This document shows positions 58,249 through 64,000 of a DNA stretch of 64,000 nucleotides, piece after piece (position 1 is the stretch's first letter; the number at the start of each line of letters is the position of its first letter). This DNA is from Planctomycetota bacterium. GTDB taxonomy: Bacteria > Planctomycetota > UBA8108 > SXIK01. The notes beneath the pieces were generated by a model. That model did not search any database. It saw only the letters and a program-made list of their open reading frames with translations, and was not told the origin of the DNA. Location of the stretch: NCBI GenBank assembly GCA_965223265.1, contig OZ244999.1, positions 5,760,001 through 5,824,000 on the forward strand. The letters are read 5' to 3'. The translations under genes and the position numbers were made by a program.

Positions 58249-58373
58249 CATTCGGAGGAGTTTCGCGCCGTGTTAGCTCGCGAACAAGCCAACGGGCTCT
58301 TTGCTTTCTCTCGAGGTCTTCGTCAACTTACTGTAGAATCGTTCCTCGCCGGGCCATTACGAAGGAGTGCTTG

Positions 58374-59759
58374 ATGAGCAATTCACGACTTTGTCGAACT
58401 GCTCGCTTGACTGGATACATTCTCTTCTGCTCTGCATTCCAGCTGATCCAGCCGACGACACCACTCAGAGCCGACGAGGGGCCGTCTGACGACCAGGAGT
58501 CCGGACCAGCCGTAGAGTTCTTTTTGCCTCTGGTGAGCGCTGCCCCTGGAGAACTCCTTGAGGTTCCTTTCCAGGTGAAGAGTAACGTACCGCTCTCCAT
58601 GATTGCGTGGAGCCTCGAGTACGATGCGAACGTCTTAGAATTCCTTGAACCGTCACTAACTCCGGCAACCAAAGCCCTCATGGACTCGCATGCCACTGTA
58701 GAGTCGTCTTTCGAGTGGTTTGAGGAAGCTGAGGAAGAGGAAGAAGAAGAGGAAAGTGATGAGTTCGACGCCGCTGCAGGGCTCTCAGGCGCGCAATTGG
58801 TCCCTCCGATCGAAACCACTGCGAGTGGCGAGGTCCGAATCGAATTGGAGGATGGCAAGTTCTCGGTCGATCTCAAGGTGGCGAACATCGCCAACGTCAC
58901 CCGCGCCGAGATCTGCCTTGGAGAGTCCGGAGAGAACGGACCAACCGTGGCCGTCGTGGAAGTATTTGACGGTGACGGAATCACAGTGGCCGGCGAGGAG
59001 AAGATCGCCGAAGTTGATCTCGAAGAGTCCGACCTGCTGCCGATTCCAGAATTTGGTTTCGACGGCACGATCGAAGCGCTGATCGAGCGGATGAACTCTG
59101 AGACCGCCTACGTCGTCGTGCGGACCCTCAGCAACCCGGACGGCGAGCTGCGCGGCCAGCTCGCTCCAAAGGAAGAAGAAGCTGAGCGTTGGCTTCAGGT
59201 CTCAGTCGTGACGGATCTTTTGGGTCGCGAGGAGTTTTCGATTCCCGCGGACGAGCTCTTCGACGTCGCGATTCTAAGGTTTCGCGTTGCAGAGGATGCC
59301 CAGGAGGGGAGTTACGATCTGGAGTTCAGCGCCCCTGAAAGCGCAACGTTTGACGGCAACTTCCACGATGGAACAGACATCGTTTTCAATGTCGTGCAAC
59401 CAGAAGGCCAGGCGATCGATGCGTCCAATGTCGTCCTGGGTTCGAGTCCGGCGAACGTCAACAATGGCACGGTGCTTCTCTCGATTATCGGCGACATCCA
59501 AATTCTCCGCGGCGGGGACTCCAATGGAGACGGGGAGATCGACATCTCAGACGCGATCAACATCTTACAGTTTCTTTTTAGCCCAGGCGGCCTGATCTCG
59601 TGCATGGCAGCCGCCGACGCCAACCGCGACGGACTGGTTGACATCAGCGACGCGATCCAAGTGCTGAACTATCTCTTCTCGCCAGAGTCTGCCTGGTCTC
59701 CTGCAGAATTGACGCCATCCGGCCCTTTCCCCACAGGACCCGAGTGTTACTCTCTCTGA
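58374..59759 (+). CDS. Secreted cohesin-like protein with an inserted CHRD domain and a C-terminal dockerin-like domain
   Basis: RBS GAAGGAG; VSAAPGELLEVPFQV..WSLEYDANVLEF and DVAILRFRVAEDAQEGSYDLEF (cohesin-like halves); LSGAQLVPPIETTASG..GENGP..PDGELRGQL (CHRD); GDSNGDGEIDISDAI..ADANRDGLVDISDAI. Confidence 0.82.
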   Translation: MSNSRLCRTARLTGYILFCSAFQLIQPTTPLRADEGPSDDQESGPAVEFFLPLVSAAPGELLEVPFQVKSNVPLSMIAWSLEYDANVLEFLEPSLTPATKALMDSHATVESSFEWFEEAEEEEEEEESDEFDAAAGLSGAQLVPPIETTASGEVRIELEDGKFSVDLKVANIANVTRAEICLGESGENGPTVAVVEVFDGDGITVAGEEKIAEVDLEESDLLPIPEFGFDGTIEALIERMNSETAYVVVRTLSNPDGELRGQLAPKEEEAERWLQVSVVTDLLGREEFSIPADELFDVAILRFRVAEDAQEGSYDLEFSAPESATFDGNFHDGTDIVFNVVQPEGQAIDASNVVLGSSPANVNNGTVLLSIIGDIQILRGGDSNGDGEIDISDAINILQFLFSPGGLISCMAAADANRDGLVDISDAIQVLNYLFSPESAWSPAELTPSGPFPTGPECYSL

Positions 59760-59804
59760 CGCCGAACGCGACGAACAACAGCCGGAGTACCGACGCTAAC
59801 CTAA

Positions 59805-59984
59805 CAGCCTGCCTGAAAAAGTGCTTCGAGCCGAAGACTGGTCTCTTCGCGTCCAGATCGGCCGCGGCAAACGCAGGCAATCTTCGGGCCCTCTTCTTTC
59901 GATTCTGATGGCGAGTATTGACGCGGCCCGTCTGGGCGTGAAGAGGCCAGTTTCCTCGGCCGAATGACTTTTTCAGGCGGGCTG
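59805..59984. mobile_element. MITE family B, full copy (180 bp, opposite orientation)
   Basis: CTAA|CAGCCTGCCTGAAAAA ... TTTTTCAGGCGGGCTG|CTGCTAA; arms match the 54816 copy while the central spacer differs. Confidence 0.82.
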
Positions 59985-60074
59985 CTGCTAAGCCACCGCG
60001 TCGTCGTCTATAGCCAGACGAGTGTGGTGCCAAGGCCTGGCCGGGCACTTCGCGAATCTCAACTCCGGTCTCTC

Positions 60075-63000
60075 ATGCGCAAACGAGCGAGGATCCTCAC
60101 CCCCAACCACCCGCGTTACGAAGTCGTCCGACGACTCGGTGCAGGCGGAAGCGGTGCGGTGTTTCTCGCGCGCGATCGGCTGGATGACGACAACGAGGTG
60201 GCGCTCAAAGTTTCGCATGGCGAAGTTGCGCCTGACCAACTGCTCCGCGAGTTCCGCTTGCTGCGTCGTCTGCGGCACTCCGGGATCGCGCGAGCGTTTG
60301 ACTTTGGCCGCCTACGAGACACGAGCCAAGCTTACTTTACACTCGAGTACGTGGCTGGTCCTGATCTCGAGAAGGAGAGCCTGACACTACGGCGGCGGCT
60401 GGCCGAAGGTCACCTCGACGCGGTCATCGACGTCTTCTTACAAGTGGTGAGCGGCCTGAAGTACCTCCACGAGCATGGCCTACTCCACCTCGACGTCAAA
60501 CCCTCCAACGTCGTGTTCGCTGCTGGACAAGCTAAGCTGATTGACTTTGGCCTGTTTCAAAACGCCCGCACACCGGGCTCACTCCCGGGGCGCGGCACCG
60601 TGCACTACACGTCGCCCGAAGTGCTCGATGGCAGGGCTGTCGATCCGCGCGCTGATCTCTACTCGCTGGGGGTTCTTTTCTACCGCACCCTCTCGGGTCG
60701 CTACCCCATCAGCGGTAAGACCATCGGTGAGATCGCAGAGGCCCATCGGCTTCGGACGCCTCCACCACTGCCGAGAATCCCGGAAGGCTTGTCGCGCATC
60801 GTGATGAAGCTCCTTGCCAAGTCACCGCGGCACCGCTTTCAAGATGCCGCAGCCGTCGAGAAGGCGCTCCAAGAATTCCATCCTCTGAAGAGGAAGAGCT
60901 CATCCTCGACTCCCGTAGAAGTGCCGGACTTCGTCGGGCGGAGAAAGGAACTTCGGACGTTCTTCTCCTGGCTCGATTCCCGACTTCAAGGCTCGAATCC
61001 ACGCTTGCTCGTCGTCGAAGGCGAACCTGGTATGGGGAAGACGCGTTTTGTCGACGCTTGCCTCACAGAACTATTGGGGCTGGAGGTCGACGTATTCTCC
61101 CTCTCCGGCCATCAGGTAGAGCAAGGGAATGGACTGGGCTCTCTACTCCAAAAGATGGCGACGGTCTACGGTCTCTCCCGCAAGCAACGCTCACAAAGTC
61201 GGCTCCTACTCACCAGTGTCGGGCTCTCGACCAATAAGAAGAGCCAATGGGAAATTCTCGAGATGGACCTCGAGCAGATCCGGGCCCGCACCTTCCAAGA
61301 AGCGATCCAGTTGTTCGCCGAATGGAGGGATCGTCCAATCGTGCTGATAGTCGACGACTTTCATAAGGCGGATCCTCAGTTGGTTGACTTCATCCGCCGC
61401 CTCGCTAGTGACGACTCCGGTTCTGATGTCACGTCGGGTATCAGCGTTGTGCTGACGCAGCCTGCCGGTTTCTCACATGTAGCTGATTCGGGCGATTCGA
61501 TAGCGAAAAAGATTCGACTGCGGGGGCTGAAGCGAGACGAGATCACTCGCTCACTCGTCCGTCTAGCGGGAACGCTCGGCGAACGCAAGTTGGAACAGGC
61601 CGCGAGATCGAGTCGTGGCAACTTGGAAGTTTTCGTGCACTTGATTCAACAGATCCGATCCGGGCGAAGGGTACCGTCCGCGGGGGCGTTCGACGTTGAA
61701 CGAGTCAGACGGACCCGATTGCTGGCGCTCTCCGATGACGAGCTGAGATTGGTTGTGCTGCTCAGACTGCTCAATCGCCCCACAAGCGGCGCAATGCTTC
61801 GCAAGCTCACGGAATTCAGCAAACCTCGATTCGAGACCGCACGGCGGAGTCTCACGGCCAATGCACTGGTAAGGGCGAGCAACCAGGGCCTCTTTCTTGC
61901 GCCGGATGTGGACGACGAGACCTTGTTCGCACGTCTCGGCGACGAAGAGCTGCGACGCGTCCGAGAAAGGATCGGCAGAGCTCTCAAGGCATCCAAGCAG
62001 AGACTTCACGAAGCTGCGCTCCACTTGATGCTAGGGGGACAAGTGGCAGAAGGCCTCGATTCTGCAAGAGAGGCTGGTAAACGCCTGCATGAATTGGGAA
62101 GAGTCGAGGATGCCTTGCAGCTCTATTCAGTCGCGCTCGATCACGTCGAGACCACAGCTGACAAGTCGTACTTTCTAGAGGCCAAGGGAGATCTACTCAA
62201 CAAGAGCGGTCAGTTCGACGAAGCAGAGCGTGCTTTCGAGGCTCTGGCTGGCCAGAGTGGACTCGCAGCGAACGATGCGCTTCGTGTCAAACGCAAGCTC
62301 GGAGGAGTACACCAGCGGTCGGGCGACAACGACGCAGCGCGCCGTGTGTTCGAAGACGCCATGCACTTGGTAGACACAGTCGATGACATCGACGAGCATC
62401 TCCACCTGCTCAACGAACTAGCGGCTTTGCATCTCTTTCGAGGCGATTTCTCGCAATCGACGACGTTCGCGAACCGCGGTCTGGAACTGCTTGGTAGCGC
62501 CATGGCGAAGCGACTCGAGCCGAGAGTGCACGCCATGCATGACCTGAACTTACGTTCGATCGCGGGCCATATTCTCCTGCGACAATTCGAACACGGCCCA
62601 GCGGCGGAAGAGTTTCTCCATAGCCTCAAAGTTTCTGAACGCATCGGCACGCTGTCCAACACCGCGCTCATACTCAACAACCTGGGCGTAGCGTACTTTC
62701 TCGGGAACCGTCTGCGCGAAGCTCTGCGGGTCTACAATCGCGCTGCCACCTTGGCGCGAAAAATGGGCGACGATACCGCACTCTTCAGTATCTCGTGCAA
62801 CGTGGCGGGAATCCGTGCGCGGTTGGGTGAGATACAAGCCGCGAGAGAGCTCCTCGCGACGATCGAAGAAATGCCTCACCCCCGCCGCTCGAAACGCGCA
62901 CGCCTCTTCTTCCTGCATACGCAGGGGCTGGTTTCCCGTGTGACGCTCCAGGATTCGAAGGCTCTGTGGGACCAAAGCATTCAGCTCGCGGACGAGATCC

Positions 63001-64000
63001 CTGACCCAGTACTCGCGAGCTACGGGCGTGTCTATGCAGCCGAGAACGAGATTCATCAAGGCCGATGGGAAGCCGCGCGGCGAATTCTCGATGAGCTCGA
63101 CAAAGCTGGCGGGCAAGACGCACGTCTTCGGAGGGCCATCGACAGTCGACGGGCCTACCTCGATTGTGTCTGCGACAACCGCGCCGCGGTTCCTCCGCTG
63201 GCGACTCAAGTCTATGTGTTCGATCGCACCTCGAAAAGCGAGGAGACGAGCCCCGACTACGGCACTCTTTGGGACTGGATCTTCGGCGCGCGTGCCTTGA
63301 TGGAACTCGGCAAGGATGCGGACGCGGATTTCTGGTTGGACCGAGCGCGATCCGTCTTTGCTCGCTTCGGACAGGCACCCGGCGTGCTCGAGTGCAGTTT
63401 GCAGTTGGCGGAGAACGCCCTCCGACAGCGCGATGCCAAACGTGCTGCACGGTGGCTCGCCGCTGCTCGTAGAGCGCTTGCACTCCACGACACGAGCGGC
63501 GGTTCGGTCGCGGCGTCAGTCCGTCTCCCGTACTTGGAGGCACGGCTCGGAATTCTCGAATCGAGAAGCGATCGCACCTATGTCTCAGATCGGATCGTCG
63601 ACGCCCGCGGGAACCTGCCTTTCGGAGTCGATTGGGAAATCGGTTGGCTCCTGAATCTGGTCGCGGAAGATTACGGAGAGCCGGGGGCAGCCCGAAAGGT
63701 CCGCGCCACCCGCGAACGCTTCCTGAACGGTCTTCAGCCCACCGATCGACGCAGTTACGAGGAGCGAGACCATCGCCAGAGACTTGGTCTAGCGCCGTCC
63801 GAGAACGAGCGGCAACCGGAGAGCGAAGCCTCGGCGGCCGCCGACAGACGTTTGAGCACCCTCTCTGCACTACGAGAGGCGCGAGACGTCAAAAAAGCGC
63901 TCGATTTGGTCATCGAGTCCTGCGGCTCCCGATCCGGTGCAGTCTTCCTCAACCCAGGAAGCGGCATAGCCGACGCGCGCGCGGTCGAGGGAACAGGTAG
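60075..64000 (+). CDS. Ser/Thr protein kinase - STAND/AAA ATPase - TPR fusion (continues past the window end)
   Basis: Not in the ORF track; manual translation is open from ATG 60075 to the end. LGAGGSGAVF, VALK, HLDVKPSNV, IDFG, GTVHYTSPE, DLYSLG; FVGRRKE, GEPGMGKT (Walker A), LIVDDFH (Walker B); TPR ILNNLGVAY; GAF-like start at the edge. Confidence 0.92.
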   Translation, partial: MRKRARILTPNHPRYEVVRRLGAGGSGAVFLARDRLDDDNEVALKVSHGEVAPDQLLREFRLLRRLRHSGIARAFDFGRLRDTSQAYFTLEYVAGPDLEKESLTLRRRLAEGHLDAVIDVFLQVVSGLKYLHEHGLLHLDVKPSNVVFAAGQAKLIDFGLFQNARTPGSLPGRGTVHYTSPEVLDGRAVDPRADLYSLGVLFYRTLSGRYPISGKTIGEIAEAHRLRTPPPLPRIPEGLSRIVMKLLAKSPRHRFQDAAAVEKALQEFHPLKRKSSSSTPVEVPDFVGRRKELRTFFSWLDSRLQGSNPRLLVVEGEPGMGKTRFVDACLTELLGLEVDVFSLSGHQVEQGNGLGSLLQKMATVYGLSRKQRSQSRLLLTSVGLSTNKKSQWEILEMDLEQIRARTFQEAIQLFAEWRDRPIVLIVDDFHKADPQLVDFIRRLASDDSGSDVTSGISVVLTQPAGFSHVADSGDSIAKKIRLRGLKRDEITRSLVRLAGTLGERKLEQAARSSRGNLEVFVHLIQQIRSGRRVPSAGAFDVERVRRTRLLALSDDELRLVVLLRLLNRPTSGAMLRKLTEFSKPRFETARRSLTANALVRASNQGLFLAPDVDDETLFARLGDEELRRVRERIGRALKASKQRLHEAALHLMLGGQVAEGLDSAREAGKRLHELGRVEDALQLYSVALDHVETTADKSYFLEAKGDLLNKSGQFDEAERAFEALAGQSGLAANDALRVKRKLGGVHQRSGDNDAARRVFEDAMHLVDTVDDIDEHLHLLNELAALHLFRGDFSQSTTFANRGLELLGSAMAKRLEPRVHAMHDLNLRSIAGHILLRQFEHGPAAEEFLHSLKVSERIGTLSNTALILNNLGVAYFLGNRLREALRVYNRAATLARKMGDDTALFSISCNVAGIRARLGEIQAARELLATIEEMPHPRRSKRARLFFLHTQGLVSRVTLQDSKALWDQSIQLADEIPDPVLASYGRVYAAENEIHQGRWEAARRILDELDKAGGQDARLRRAIDSRRAYLDCVCDNRAAVPPLATQVYVFDRTSKSEETSPDYGTLWDWIFGARALMELGKDADADFWLDRARSVFARFGQAPGVLECSLQLAENALRQRDAKRAARWLAAARRALALHDTSGGSVAASVRLPYLEARLGILESRSDRTYVSDRIVDARGNLPFGVDWEIGWLLNLVAEDYGEPGAARKVRATRERFLNGLQPTDRRSYEERDHRQRLGLAPSENERQPESEASAAADRRLSTLSALREARDVKKALDLVIESCGSRSGAVFLNPGSGIADARAVEGTG

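Noticed and set aside
62550-63870. 312-aa and 361-aa minus-strand ORFs
   Set aside because: Shadows of the plus-strand kinase-STAND-TPR gene that the track omitted.

Overview
GC-rich bacterial chromosomal DNA, very likely from a Planctomycetota genome. This is an inference from two DUF1501 genes, a PVC-type heme CxxCH protein, a planctomycete-type TolC and six dockerin-like domains. I find about 35 genes and no rRNA, tRNA, CRISPR array, prophage or transposase. Main points: (1) Six secreted proteins carry the same Cys-containing dockerin-like domain. They are two lamin-tail/CotH kinases, a PQQ sugar dehydrogenase, an unknown beta-rich protein, a protein with four copies of an unrecognised acidic repeat, and a cohesin-like protein with a His-less CHRD domain inserted. 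Together they suggest a cellulosome-like surface assembly. The last two lie downstream of a canonical sigma-54 promoter and next to a Ser/Thr kinase-STAND ATPase-TPR gene that is absent from the ORF track. (2) A cluster at 38-54.5 kb encodes members of every enzyme family needed for non-phosphorylative sugar-acid catabolism (dehydrogenase, lactonase, enolase-family dehydratase, DHDPS-family aldolase), and nearly all carry Tat or Sec export signals. (3) Two families of non-autonomous miniature transposons are present. One has a 5-bp ACAGA target duplication in hexamer-repeat DNA; the other is a foldback element that has disrupted a P-loop kinase gene. (4) Also present are a 1592-aa ankyrin protein, a MacAB-TolC-like exporter, a sigma-54-preceded orphan pilin and an HPPD/VOC-like hypothetical protein. 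All family calls come from motifs read by eye; no database searches were run.
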